64,000 nt of DNA from Novakomyces olei (Eukaryota). The stretch lies in contig JADEYG010000001.1 in the NCBI GenBank assembly GCA_016906335.1, positions 496,001-560,000 on the forward strand, written 5' to 3'. The notes beneath the pieces were generated by a model, which saw nothing but the letters and a program-made list of their open reading frames with translations, ran no database searches and was not told the DNA's origin. Numbering within the stretch: position 1 is the first letter of the stretch; every line of letters begins with the position of its first letter. Shown in pieces: positions 40,123 through 52,250 of this stretch. A program made the translations under genes and the position numbers.

Positions 40123-40577
40123 TCAAGTTTGCAGTGTTGCGGCAGCTGCAATATTTGAAGCCTCAAATGCCACATTTGACCGTACTGAAAGTTGTACGGG
40201 AAATCGCCATTCCATATACCGTCCCCACACTAGACTTAGCAATGATACTCTCGACACAGAATCTTACCATAAAAAGCAAACCGACGGCCAAAATACTTTC
40301 CAATAAACGGTACCAGGACAACAGATAAAATAAGCTCAACCTGCCTTATGGATTCTGCCCATTCTTCGTCCGCGTCCGTACTAAAAGTCGTAATTGATAG
40401 ATCCTCATCATCAACCTCGTCTTCGTCTTCGTCTTCATCTTCCTCTTCTACGTCGCGATCATCGCTGGTAACAGACATCAGCTCTGATCCGCTGTCCTCT
40501 GTGTACGACGAAGCCTCATGCAGTCCACGCCTATCGTCCCGTTTCCTCCTTTGCCGCGCAAACGGCTGAGCGTACAT
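40123..40577 (-). CDS. MIM2: Mitochondrial import protein Mim2
   Basis: Acidic N-terminus, DADEEWAESIRQVELILSVVLVPFIGKYFGRRFAFY, then a short intron and VWGRYMEW. Confidence 0.85.
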
Positions 40578-40906
40578 TGTGTTTTGTATATTAAACCAAA
40601 TACAGAGTACTAACACTATTTATCTATAATGTACTTTATTGTATACGTTTTTTCTATAAATTAATTTTAATATCGATATATATTTAATTTTAATATTTGT
40701 ATTTTTTCCTTTTTTATTCATATTTTTTCTCTTTTGGTATATATTATTATAACAATTCCTTACCGAATTATACTTCATATTTTGCGCTTTGAATCAATAG
40801 ACTCACTATTGTAGCAGAAAAATTGCTGTTAAAAAGAGTGAGTGGCACTCGTCGCCGCGCAATCCTCAGAGGCGGCCACCTCAGTCTGTTTCCAATACAT
40901 TAATCA

Positions 40907-43063
40907 ATGGCCACCAAAGACGGAGAGGCATTGATAAGCCAGTCAACTTCAACGCTCTTTGTACGCAATTTGTCGTATGTGACAACGAGCGAAAATCTCG
41001 AGAACTTTTTCGCAGATATTGCGCCTGTGCGACATGCGACGGTTGTATGCAAACCGGGAACAGCCAAGTCACAAGGTTTTGGCTTTGTTACTCTAAGTCT
41101 TAAACAAGATGCGGCTACAGCTATGGAGCAAGCGAAGAACCGAAAACTGGACGGACGTGTTCTTCGTATCGATTACGCAAAGCCTCGACACCGAGAGACC
41201 AAAGTCAAAAAGGAAAAAAGCGCGTCAGCAGAGGATAGTGATAAGGCGGCAAATGAAAAGGTCTCTGATGAAAAAACTGGTGATGACAAAGTAGAGCAAT
41301 CGTCACAAGAACCAAAACCAAAAACACAGGCGAACATGGAGGCTGTATCTCGAAGGCTTATTATTCGAAACCTGCCTTGGTCCGTTCGGCGGCCTGATCA
41401 GCTGCAGCCATATTTCGTGAAGTTCGGCAAAATCCAAGAGTGTCAGATTCCGCGTGGTCGTAATGGCCGAATGATGGGATACGCTTTTGTGCAAATGAGG
41501 ACTACGGGAGCGGCAAAAGCTGCAGTTTCAGCATGTAAAGATTTAGAGATTGATGGAAGGCCTGTCGCTGTTGATTATGCTATTCCCAAATCGAAATGGG
41601 AGGAAAGAGAAAAAGATGATGATGATAGCGAGGATGATGATGCGAAACATGAGGAAGAAGATTCTAACGAGGAAACTGTAGAGAGCAATGAAAAAGTCCG
41701 AAAGCAAAAGAGGCAAAGAAACAATCCCGAGAGTGGCGAGGAAACAAGTGACGAGGAAGAAGAAATTGATGAGAAGGACAGTATACAAAAGTCTGACAGT
41801 GAGATTAGTGATGAGGGCTCGATTGATTTATCAACTGATTCTGATACCGACTCTCGCGAATCAGGAGAAAGCATATCTCAAACGGAACAAGTGGGGACTA
41901 AACCTTCTCCAGGTTTCGCGGTCTTTGTAAGAAACGTGTCTTGGGATACGACTCAGGAAGATTTATACACTTTTTTCCGTCAGTTCGGTCCTCTTCGATA
42001 TGCAACACTCGTTCAAGATCGGGAAACCGGGATGCCTAAGGGGACTGCCTTTGTTTCCTTTCGTCATGAGGCCGATATGCGATTATGCGTGGATGCAAGT
42101 GCAAGCAATAGGGACGATGAGCTACGTAGAGAGCCTACACTGCTACAGGACGAGACTATGGTCGAATCCAAACAAAAGTTTGCCTTGAATGGCAGAGGCC
42201 TTGTCGCTGTCCCTGCAGTTGACAGGGAACGTGCCCAGTTGCTCAAGGAAGAAGGAGAGAAAAAACGGAGAGAGCTGCAAGGCAAAGGAGTAGATAAAAG
42301 GCGAATGTACTTGCTACACGAGGGCAAACTGCCGTCTAGTGTTCCAGGGTTTACAGAAGCTGATTTGCGCTTAAGGCAGCAGAGTCTGGACCAGCGTAGC
42401 CGACTATTGCAGAGCAATCCTGCTCTGCATCTCTCTTTGACCAGGTTAAGTGTACGTAACCTTCCACGCAAGTATGATGAAAAGCTGTTGAAGCATTTAG
42501 CGCGAGTAGCATGTGTCGGGTTCGTACAAGATGCACGTGCAGGACTAAGGCAGCCCCTGTCACGAGAAGAATTGCAACGTGAAAGTTCTGCACAGCTTGC
42601 GTCTGGTGATGGCAAGAAAAAGGCAGCTGGTGGTATTGTAAAGCAGGCCAAGATTATGCATGAAAATGAAGGTCAGGGTCGGAGTAGGGGATATGGTTTT
42701 ATCGAATACGATAGTCATAAAAACGCACTAATGGCTCTTCGCTGGCTGAATGGCCGATTGCTCAAGGGCAATGATCAAGACTTTGCCGGAATTAAACTTA
42801 GAGTCGGTAATTTGCCAAGCAAAGATGATGCAGAAGAAGCGGGAAAGGGCAAGCGGGTTATTGTGGAGTTTGCTATTGAAAACGCGACTGTCGTAAAACG
42901 GAGAGCCGACCGGGCCGAGTCAGCTCGGAATAGAGTTGCGAACGAGGCTGCATCGACTGTGGAAAGGGGAAAACAAGGAGCTTCTGTACAGAAGAGGCGG
43001 CTTTCTACCACGGCAAGGGCTCATCAAGGTCACAAGCCTCAAAGAAAGAAGGCCAGGACATAG
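40907..43063 (+). CDS. NOP4: Nucleolar four-RRM protein Nop4/RBM28
   Basis: RRMs TLFVRNL, RLIIRNLPW, VFVRNV, SLTRLSVRNLP..GRSRGYGFIEY..ALMALRWLN; DKRRMYLLHEG; IVEFAIEN. Confidence 0.95.
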   Translation: MATKDGEALISQSTSTLFVRNLSYVTTSENLENFFADIAPVRHATVVCKPGTAKSQGFGFVTLSLKQDAATAMEQAKNRKLDGRVLRIDYAKPRHRETKVKKEKSASAEDSDKAANEKVSDEKTGDDKVEQSSQEPKPKTQANMEAVSRRLIIRNLPWSVRRPDQLQPYFVKFGKIQECQIPRGRNGRMMGYAFVQMRTTGAAKAAVSACKDLEIDGRPVAVDYAIPKSKWEEREKDDDDSEDDDAKHEEEDSNEETVESNEKVRKQKRQRNNPESGEETSDEEEEIDEKDSIQKSDSEISDEGSIDLSTDSDTDSRESGESISQTEQVGTKPSPGFAVFVRNVSWDTTQEDLYTFFRQFGPLRYATLVQDRETGMPKGTAFVSFRHEADMRLCVDASASNRDDELRREPTLLQDETMVESKQKFALNGRGLVAVPAVDRERAQLLKEEGEKKRRELQGKGVDKRRMYLLHEGKLPSSVPGFTEADLRLRQQSLDQRSRLLQSNPALHLSLTRLSVRNLPRKYDEKLLKHLARVACVGFVQDARAGLRQPLSREELQRESSAQLASGDGKKKAAGGIVKQAKIMHENEGQGRSRGYGFIEYDSHKNALMALRWLNGRLLKGNDQDFAGIKLRVGNLPSKDDAEEAGKGKRVIVEFAIENATVVKRRADRAESARNRVANEAASTVERGKQGASVQKRRLSTTARAHQGHKPQRKKART

Positions 43064-43977
43064 AAGGAGTGATATCCGAGAAGGTGCTTGAAAAATTAGA
43101 GAAATAATGTTACATTTGTATAATTAAGCCGATTTTGTAATGAGACTGTATACTGCTTGTAAATGATTTCCCGCTTGAGCATCTGTTTTTCAAATTGTCT
43201 TTGACCTTGAACGCATGTACGAGAAGAATGGTAGTCAGCATAATACAATTGATAATCCTAAACCTAACCCCGTCCTCCTTATGGCGTCTAATACTCGGGT
43301 TAATAGCCTTAACCCTAATCGTGCACTGGATAACGAAAATAGGTTTGATAATAATAAAATATCTAACTTGTAAGTTTTACTTGTAAATGTTATTTTGCTC
43401 TTTTTCGCTGTCTTTAGTGTTAAACTCCATTCTGTCATTCGCTGTATTATTACCTAAGATTATATTATCCGAAGCTAACATCGCGTCCGCTTTATGCACT
43501 TGTCCGGCGCGTTCCGTACAGCCGTTACATACTCGTATAGACATGTAAAGAAAATCATCACCTTCACGTGCTTAAAGAATTCTATGCCGATCGACCGAAA
43601 CCACAAAATTGCATAGATAACAAACAGGGAAATGATCCGGTCGGCCAAGGTCTCAGAGCATCAAAGCTTATAAATCCATCGCTTCTTTGCTGTTCTTATA
43701 CACTTTTCTGACTCCAATATTAATTCCCGAAATTAACGCGTAAATTTCATGCTTTCTTTTATCGTTCTTTTACCCTTTTCTTGACCTTTTCTTCTTTACC
43801 TTTAGCTAAAGGTTTTATTATAATATATTAAAAGTACCGGCCCCCTTCTTTCCCGCCATACAGGAAAAAAAAGAGAGAAAAATAATTAAAAAGATAAAGA
43901 AACAAAACTCGTTTTGCGGCCGGGTTCCCATCGCCTTTTGAGGCGCGGCCGTTCGCCTCGGTTCTTGCGGGCAGGCT

Positions 43978-45411
43978 ATGAATGCAAGCGCCTTCCCGTC
44001 TTTTTGGTACTTTTTAACACCTTTTTCACGTTCACGTTCACGTTTACCTATTGTCTCTGCCTTTGCCTTTTATTGCTTCTGACAAGGCGTCTACAATTCA
44101 GTCTTGATTCAAGTTTCTTGATTCAAGTTCAAACATTTTCCCTCGGTCCTCAATTTTCTATCTGCCCTGCTCTTCTCTCCGCGTCTACCTACTCTCTCTG
44201 TGTTTACCTATCCGCGTTTACCTATTCGCCTTGACTGTCTAAACTCCTTTCATTTGCCTTTCCATAACGCTAAACTTTAACCTTTCTAACTGTTCAGCAC
44301 TTTTTGTGAGCGGCAGATACCTCCGCACAACAGCGGCGCTTACTGCTCTGCCGCGTGTCGTAAAAAAGATGCTTTAGCTTCAGAGCCATTAAATACCAGT
44401 GCAAGCGTCTCGAGCAGCTCTGCCCGGGCCAACACACCCTCCAGCTCGTGTAACGCGTCTATTTCCAGTCGCTCTGATTTGGGATTAGATGCTGAGCAAA
44501 GCGCTCCGAGTTTTGCTTCTGGATCTAATGCCGTTGTTGGTCGGCACAAGGCTCATGCCTCTTCTTCTTCCGTCTCACTAGGCTCTCTCCCGTCGAGCCA
44601 GCATGCCTCAAGTGGCGGAGAGCTTTACTATGGCACGAATGGAAGCAGCGGCAGTTTTGGCAATGCCAACGCCACAATGGCAAACAATGGCACTTTGGAA
44701 AAAGAAAAACACGGTTCCAATCGCCCAGACTCGAACCCGATACGCCCACGAATATCCAGCTCAGTTTCGCTGGGCGCTGTGCCACGGCTTTCTTCGTTCA
44801 ACGGCAATGCTCTACGGCCTCTACCGCCGCTCCATCCGCCGGGGCTTTCGAGTAGTCCGCGGTCAGTTGATCTGGTAATGCCGCAATTGTCTCCGCGTAT
44901 GTCCGACGGAGACTTGAGGCAGTCTCGAAGAGCAGACGGATCAGATTCTCCTCACCGTCATATCGACCGTGATAATTCGTATTCGACTATAAGAGCATCC
45001 GTTTTGGCTGAGCGGGCGGCAAGGCGTTATGGGCGTCATCATGCGAATATCGCTCCGATATCTGTCGCTTCTCCTACTCTTGTTCCCCTGGACAGTGGCA
45101 ATTCCTCTTCTGCAATGACGAGCCGAGAACCGAGCCCACTGTCCTCGCCCTGTCTGCCGCTTCAGCCTGACGTTAACGCTGATGAGGATGAGGACGATAA
45201 CCATAATAACAAGGGCAATGCTGTTCACAATAATAATCATAGGAAATCGGCTGCTCTAGGAGTCACAAACGGTTTACCGTCGTCTGTGGACTCGAGCTCG
45301 ATGCCCGCCATTTCCTTACCCGAAGAACCTCAGCCGGGTTATTTTGTACGCAATAAACGTTTGTTTAATTTTCGTGAAGTGCAGGGGCGAAGTTTTACAG
45401 GAGATGCTTGA
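43978..45411 (+). CDS. ecl1: Ecl1-family (life-span regulatory) Cys-domain protein
   Basis: Exon 1 43978-44006 and intron 44007-44297 give MNASAFPSFCTFCERQIPPHNSGAYCSAACRKKD, in frame with ORF 44479-45411 (Ser-rich tail ending KRLFNF). Confidence 0.8.
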
Positions 45412-46102
45412 TCTGGATGATTAATGCCTGAACTTTTTAATTATTCTGTCTAGTATTGTTTTAAAAAGGACTTGTGCGGTATTAAGGCAAAATGAGGATA
45501 TTTGATAACGGTAATTGCAACATTAGAGTCTCGAAGCACAACGGCATTGATGCCTGTTGACTGGGATGATGAACTTATGGATGGATTTTGCGATTTATTT
45601 CGGCTATAGAAATGCTTTTATAACATCGGAACGAGTCTGATATTAGGGGCTGAAAAATGATACAGCGTGCCTTTAATTTTCACGGCACCCGTTTCCAAAT
45701 CTTGGAGTGTGAGGTGTGTGTATTCGTGGCGAAGACTTTAGACGTGGTCGCATAGACAAAAATACCTAGCATTTGTGCATAGAATTGTTTGGATCAGGGT
45801 TGGTGACAGAGTTGGTAAAATATTTCAAGGTGGGCGGGTTAGAATTTTTCTCTTCTCATGATTTTAAATGTTTTTTGTTTAATTCTTATTTTGCAGATTT
45901 TTCGTTCCTGCATACTTGTTTCTCCATGTGAATGGTGCTCGTGGTGGTTTTAATGTTTATAGTAATAAACACATTGGCAAAAGTTTAATAAACCTGCTGC
46001 TTTTAGAGGGTAAAGGTTAGTGCTATATGTTATGATTAGGGGTCGGATCTAAGGAGGGCAATGATCGCATAGTAGATTCGTCGTCGCAACGTCTGCTTAC
46101 TT

Positions 46103-46105
<3 letters not shown>

Positions 46106-46173
<68 letters not shown>

Positions 46174-46174
46174 T
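46106..46174. repeat. (TTTA)n microsatellite
   Basis: Tract between the convergent 3' ends of ecl1 and the NiCoT gene. Confidence 0.9.
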
Positions 46175-46275
46175 TAATATATATTTTTGCACCCAAAAAT
46201 TGGATACAAAGGCATTTATACATGAAACAACACAAAGCAATACACTAAACAAGTCAACGGCGCACAGACTTGGCC

Positions 46276-47826
46276 TCAACTTTTCACCAAAACTTCTTCC
46301 TGTTTCCTTTCCTCAACTTCAGGATCCACTTGCTCAACAGTCGTGGTGTCGAGTGCTATACACTCAGCATGGCGGGCGCGGTGTAATCGTAACAAGCGCG
46401 AATGTATAGGAATACTAAGCAGGCCGACAACGATAAATGCGCCACAAATAGCGCCGCCAATAACATCATAATGATCTCCAGCAATTTGTACTCCATCCCA
46501 AAATTTGCCCTGAGGATTACGGGTGTTCAGGATCAATGTGAGCATTTGAATAATGCCAATCGTAAAAGCAAAAGCAACGGAAAGTGACGTCAGAACAATC
46601 TGGAAAAACAGACGCGTAAAGGGAGTGCGCGACTTTGCAGAGCTCAAGTAAGCATACGTCATTAAACAGGAATCTGTAGTATCCACAAGAACCATCCCAC
46701 TGGTAAAAACAGCGGGAAAAACTAAAATCAGCCAGAGAGAAGTGCCTCGAAGGGCTTGTAATTGTGCGAGTCCCAGTAGGGCGACTTCTGTGCTCGTATC
46801 GAATCCGAGACCAAACACGAGGCCGAGAACGTATATTTTATAGGGCCGATCAACCAGACGGAAAAAGCGAGAAAGCCATCTGGCCAATCCAAAGCTTCGA
46901 AACTCGTGTGAGTCTGTAGATACATTCTGAGCCGGATTCGGGTTTGAATTTGAACTGTTTAAATTTTGATGCTGGTTATCGATGTTTTCGGTGTCATTTC
47001 CATTGACAATTTCATTTTCAATGTAGATTTCCATTTGATTTTCGTTCACTCTTTCAATCCCTCTTCCGTGCCAAACTTTATGAATTTTTATGCACAATCG
47101 AACCAACAAGAAACTGTTGCCGACAGCCAAAATCAATAGGAACGACATTGATACAGAGACACCAATGATGCCTCCGACCGTCTGCCATTCTGACCAATGG
47201 CGAGCAACCGCTGCTGAAGTAGCAGCAATTACTATACACGTGACACAGACAACAGTAGAATGGCCAAGACTGAATAGTGTACCTACAAGTGTGGGCACCT
47301 GGCCTTGAGCGATAAGCCGTCTGGTTAAATTATCGATTGCCGTAATATGGTCTTGTGGAGTTAGTATTGTTCATGTTTAGGAAGAAAAGACGATTGATCC
47401 AAGGTATGGTTTTAATTTCAGTTTTACATTTCTTGCCAAGATTATTTGTTCCTAAATTGTTCATTCAATTCCTAGATTATTCATTTCTAGATTATTCATT
47501 TCTTTTATAATTTTATGTCTTTCTTTATTTTATGTCTTTCTTACTGCGGCCCTCTGCCAATTCATCGGTTTAATGTTTTAAATGCCGTTTCAAATGATCC
47601 AAGTACCTGCATCAAGAGCGTGACGTAGTCCAAAAGAGTAGGAAAGTACGACAGAGGCAAGAAGGCCGGCATTGCCACTCGCAGCAACTGCTGTAGCAAC
47701 AATCGCCCACACAATGACATTGACGACCAGCAAAACTGTGATTGGCAGCGCCGCATAATCAGGAAGAACGCGTGATACTGGCGTACGCGCGTAAACGCGA
47801 TTGAACGCGTGCACGAGCGAGCGCAT
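46276..47826 (-). CDS. nic1: High-affinity nickel/cobalt permease (NiCoT, Nic1-like)
   Basis: Signature RHALDA|DHITAIDN split by one intron; FSLGHSTVV; VFGLGFDTSTE; multiple TM helices. Confidence 0.93.
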
Positions 47827-48879
47827 CTATAGCGAAGCAATAGACAAAGTTTGCTCGAAGCCTGCAATGTCCTTTTCTTAAATAAATATACATAAATAGC
47901 ACTGTTCAATAGTGTCCTATGATTGGTCCAATTTAATAGCCGAGAACCCAAATAAGCACGGCGTACGGGGAAGTACTCTAGGCACATTATTTGTTGTTGT
48001 AAATATAAATAAATAATATACGGCGTTTTTCTGTATTTATATTGTATATTTATCATGGAGGTGTAAGAAATACGCCTGAATAATGATAGACGTGGACATT
48101 ATATACGAACCAAACTCTCACAGTCCATTCTGTTTGGTTTTGCTTGCGTTTGGCAGATAATTCTGTTATCTTGCTCATGGCTCGATAGTGGAAAAGCGTG
48201 CTTCGACAAATGCCCAGGTGATTGTTCCACAATCTACCAGGATTAATTGTTTTATTTTGTTGTACAAGTTGTTTGCTCAAATATTTACCTTATGCTCAAA
48301 TTGGCATTAGTGTAATAGAGGCGAATATGAAACAAAAGCATTTAATGGAAAGTTTATTTTCAGGAAGAATACGAGACAATTATAAACGAATGTAGCTCGG
48401 AAGAATTGTAAATCGCAGTGTGCGTTATTGACGTCTGTAGCACAAAGTACAAACAAACTGGCGGCTAACGACGACCAAAATCTGTGCTAAATTGTCGATA
48501 GTATTATGTACCTTAAGCTTTCCACAGTCGGTTAGAGTTAGTAAACAATCAGGGTTAATATTTAACCCTAACTCTAAACCCAACCAAATCTTGTCAACTT
48601 ATGAAATATAATGTACCAACGTGAATGGATATAGATAAATAAAATAAAATAATAAAATATCAGTGAGCATACTACAAAAATTTATTTTGATTTTTTTTGT
48701 TCGTACGATGTCAGACAGTGGTACCAATAATTTTAAACAAATTAAATTATACGCTGCCCAAAACTTTGAGAGCCAATGGCACCGTTGTGGTCGAACAACG
48801 TTTGAAGAATCGACAACCAAAAGGCACTCAATCTTGCAATTCCTGCCGGTCGTCATACAGGAGAAATGTACGGAAAAGT

Positions 48880-51447
48880 ATGGCTGACAGAGCTCGCGTA
48901 TGCATAACAAGATCGGCATTCATGCCGCATCATCGGGCCCTTTTAACGAGGTCGCGCGCAGTACCAGCGTCTCTTGTTTTGCTTCAATACGTGGGCCGTT
49001 TAGCCATACCGCTATCTACGTACTCTGCTGTTTTTTACCACAGTGATACAGCCTCGGAATTGCCGTGCCCGGATCACGGAAAAGAGAAAGGCTATTCACA
49101 AGATTTGCAAGCTCCATCAGCGCCCGACTCGCAGAGCAGTAAGGCACCAGCTCGAGGGGAATTGCCACGTAGATCAACGGTCAATTCATCGAATGATAGC
49201 GGGTTAAAGGCAGTACATTGTCCCGTTCTTGATGGATCAGCAAAGAGAGCGCCATTGCGGCCGATAGAGGCGGCGGCAAAGACGTCTGCGTCGGGTACAT
49301 GGCCCGGCCAGTCTTTTAGCCCCGGCCGGCAAGTAAAACTAGATGCAAAAGAAAGACGGTTGCTTACAGTGTTACGGCAAAAGATAGAGCATTCGGCAGT
49401 ACCAAATCACGAATTGGTTACAAAGCTTACGACTGTACTGGATGCTGATGACGGGATAAGTACGCAACAAATTTACGAAATTCTAGAGCGTTTGTACCGC
49501 GGAAGACTGTACAATGATTGTGTGTCTGTCACACTGGAGCTGTGCTTGGGCCGGCTGGACCGTTGCAAAACAGATGCACAAACTCGTTATTACTTTCTTG
49601 TTCGGTGTATAGAGCTTTCGGCCAGGGCGAGTGCCCATTTGGCCCCAGAAATGGCGGCGCAGCTTTGGGCTGGAGTCAAAGCTACCCAAATCCCTCTGCA
49701 AAGACGAAGGTTACGGGTCGCACTTTTGCACGCGTTTTGTGCTACTGGCAATGTCGCTGCTGGTGGGGATTTGTACTATACGAAGCCGGTGCGAAACATG
49801 TTGGAAACCAATCTCTACGCTAAATTGCTGGGCAAATTTGGAAGCAAAAGGGAATTGCTCCTACTCGAACAGTCACTGGGCTCCATTATGGATATGGAGA
49901 GCGATACAATAAGCAGTCTGATTGATGCTTATTTGGCTGCGGGAGAATCTGCACAAGCAAATAAAATTTTTAAATTGGGACACAGCTTAAGGCGGCTAAA
50001 CGTTTACGCATACAACAGCATGATTTCTCATGCTTGTGGAACACGTGCCGGGCTAGGGAATGCTTACGAAATCATTAGAATGATGCGGTCGGCTAATGTT
50101 GCCCCACAAGAACTCACGTTTACTCCTCTGCTGTTTTGCTTGGCGCGTCACCACTATACGGAACGCGTAAGCGAAACTATTGCACAAATGCGGAAGGAAG
50201 GCATTGAACCGCGTCAAACGACGTTTAACGCGATTATCCGTTTGTTTACGCGACGGTATGGGACGCGGGACCAAACTGACGTTGTACAGATTATGAAATC
50301 GATGGGGATCACACCGGACGCGCATACATTATTACACGTAAAGCAGCAGTCGCGGCCGGAGCCCACGCTGTCGCCGCTTGCTTATACCGTGTATCGGCAG
50401 GTAGTTAACGATGCATTTGCCCGCCAATCAGAGTTCCGAGTTGAGAGCAATTTCGATGATTTTGAAGGCAACACTGATCCGCAATCTGCAACGAGTCCAC
50501 GTTCCTTTGAAGCTCAAGTGCAAGTAGAACTGCACCGTGCTCTTCGACACGGGGCCGACTTGGAACCCTGTGTGAAGTTTGTCGAAGAGGCGATTGAGAA
50601 ACGAGGAGTTGGCCCGCAGGAAATGACCTGGAATCGTTTGCTCCGAGCCCTGATGCTTGTTAAAAATCCGCTTCGAGTCTTGCAAGTAATAGATTTTGCT
50701 GAAGGCAAGGGCCAAAGCTGGCCTGCTCTGTTTGGATACTTTCGACTGATTGCGGAAATGATGGCGTCGGAACTAAACGAGGGTCTAGCTGGATCGGAAA
50801 GATCGGGTTTGCATAATAGATCAGAGTCTAAGGTTGGCTCTGAGCAATCAAGGGAGCTTACTAAAGACCCAATTGAAACAGCAAAGGGTCAAAATATGGA
50901 GAAAGATATGCAGATTAAAGCAGAGCAAAGAGCTTTGCGGCGACGGCAACTAGAAAGGTATGACCGTTTTATGGCCAGTAGGCCCTTGGATGAACGAGAA
51001 ACTCGGACAGTATTTGCATTGAGATGTTTTGATTTTAATGGCTGCATACAGCAAGCCCGGCAAATTGTCCGTTGGGCTTTTGCTACACTGAAACCTCCTA
51101 ATTTTTCGAGCCCGCTTTGGCTGCAGATTATTGATTTTTATCAGCATCAGTACAGCGGATACCGTATCGTTTCCGTGCTCGATTATTTTACAGATATGGA
51201 AAGACGTGTTTGTCCTCGAATCTGGGAGCGACTACACGAAATTAGTTCCCAACCTTGGCTATCGAGACGGTATCGAAGAGTGCTTAAAAGGCAGTTGCGG
51301 TATCATTACAGGCCGGGTATCACGGAATTACAGGAGACAAAATTATTAGAGCATTCGGTGTTTGAAATTGAGCAAGATCAAGCTGAGGATGGTCGGCAAG
51401 TTGAGGTTGGAGCGGGCACTGATCGCTCAACCATAGACGGAGAATAA
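48880..51447 (+). CDS. Pentatricopeptide-repeat protein, probably mitochondrial RNA metabolism
   Basis: PPR-like repeats (NVYAYNSMIS, PQELTFTPLL, PRQTTFNAII, GITPDAHT, PQEMTWNRLL); Arg-rich N-terminus. Start uncertain (ATG 48880 or 48922). Confidence 0.75.
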   Translation: MADRARVCITRSAFMPHHRALLTRSRAVPASLVLLQYVGRLAIPLSTYSAVFYHSDTASELPCPDHGKEKGYSQDLQAPSAPDSQSSKAPARGELPRRSTVNSSNDSGLKAVHCPVLDGSAKRAPLRPIEAAAKTSASGTWPGQSFSPGRQVKLDAKERRLLTVLRQKIEHSAVPNHELVTKLTTVLDADDGISTQQIYEILERLYRGRLYNDCVSVTLELCLGRLDRCKTDAQTRYYFLVRCIELSARASAHLAPEMAAQLWAGVKATQIPLQRRRLRVALLHAFCATGNVAAGGDLYYTKPVRNMLETNLYAKLLGKFGSKRELLLLEQSLGSIMDMESDTISSLIDAYLAAGESAQANKIFKLGHSLRRLNVYAYNSMISHACGTRAGLGNAYEIIRMMRSANVAPQELTFTPLLFCLARHHYTERVSETIAQMRKEGIEPRQTTFNAIIRLFTRRYGTRDQTDVVQIMKSMGITPDAHTLLHVKQQSRPEPTLSPLAYTVYRQVVNDAFARQSEFRVESNFDDFEGNTDPQSATSPRSFEAQVQVELHRALRHGADLEPCVKFVEEAIEKRGVGPQEMTWNRLLRALMLVKNPLRVLQVIDFAEGKGQSWPALFGYFRLIAEMMASELNEGLAGSERSGLHNRSESKVGSEQSRELTKDPIETAKGQNMEKDMQIKAEQRALRRRQLERYDRFMASRPLDERETRTVFALRCFDFNGCIQQARQIVRWAFATLKPPNFSSPLWLQIIDFYQHQYSGYRIVSVLDYFTDMERRVCPRIWERLHEISSQPWLSRRYRRVLKRQLRYHYRPGITELQETKLLEHSVFEIEQDQAEDGRQVEVGAGTDRSTIDGE

Positions 51448-51772
51448 TGAAAAGAAAATAATGAACGAACTATCAATTCCTAAAATGAGCGATGATATTA
51501 CGTTGGAAAAATTGGCGAATGTGTTGTTTTGGAGAAAAACGGCCTGCGAAATATTCCGTCAGGCTGTGGCTTGCATTGGTTGATGATGTCACTGCGCGCT
51601 CAGTTCGCGCGAATACCCTTTTGGCATATAGTAGACTTTACAAAAGAATGTGTAATAATATGAGTATATAATATATAGATTTATAAATGTGTTATTTTCA
51701 TTCAATGGCGCAAACTCAAAGCTATTAATTATAGTGAATATTCGATCACGATGCCTTTGTATCCAATTAAGT

Positions 51773-52129
<357 letters not shown>

Positions 52130-52250
52130 GTGATGTCGAGCAATAAGCTCAATTATTATATTATTCTCCGATTTGGCTATGATATAATCCCTGTTTGCAC
52201 GAGTGCAATTACCACGCATTTAAACATTATAATACCTCTGCCTGTCCGCT

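Noticed and set aside
43250-43330. Telomerase RNA template candidate (TAACCCTAA)
   Set aside because: No pseudoknot or other telomerase RNA domains recognisable; a promoter motif is the simpler explanation.
45560-45655. Possible C/D snoRNA (ATGATGA..CTGA) downstream of ecl1
   Set aside because: No terminal stem or recognisable rRNA guide, and such boxes arise by chance; a snoscan hit would be needed.
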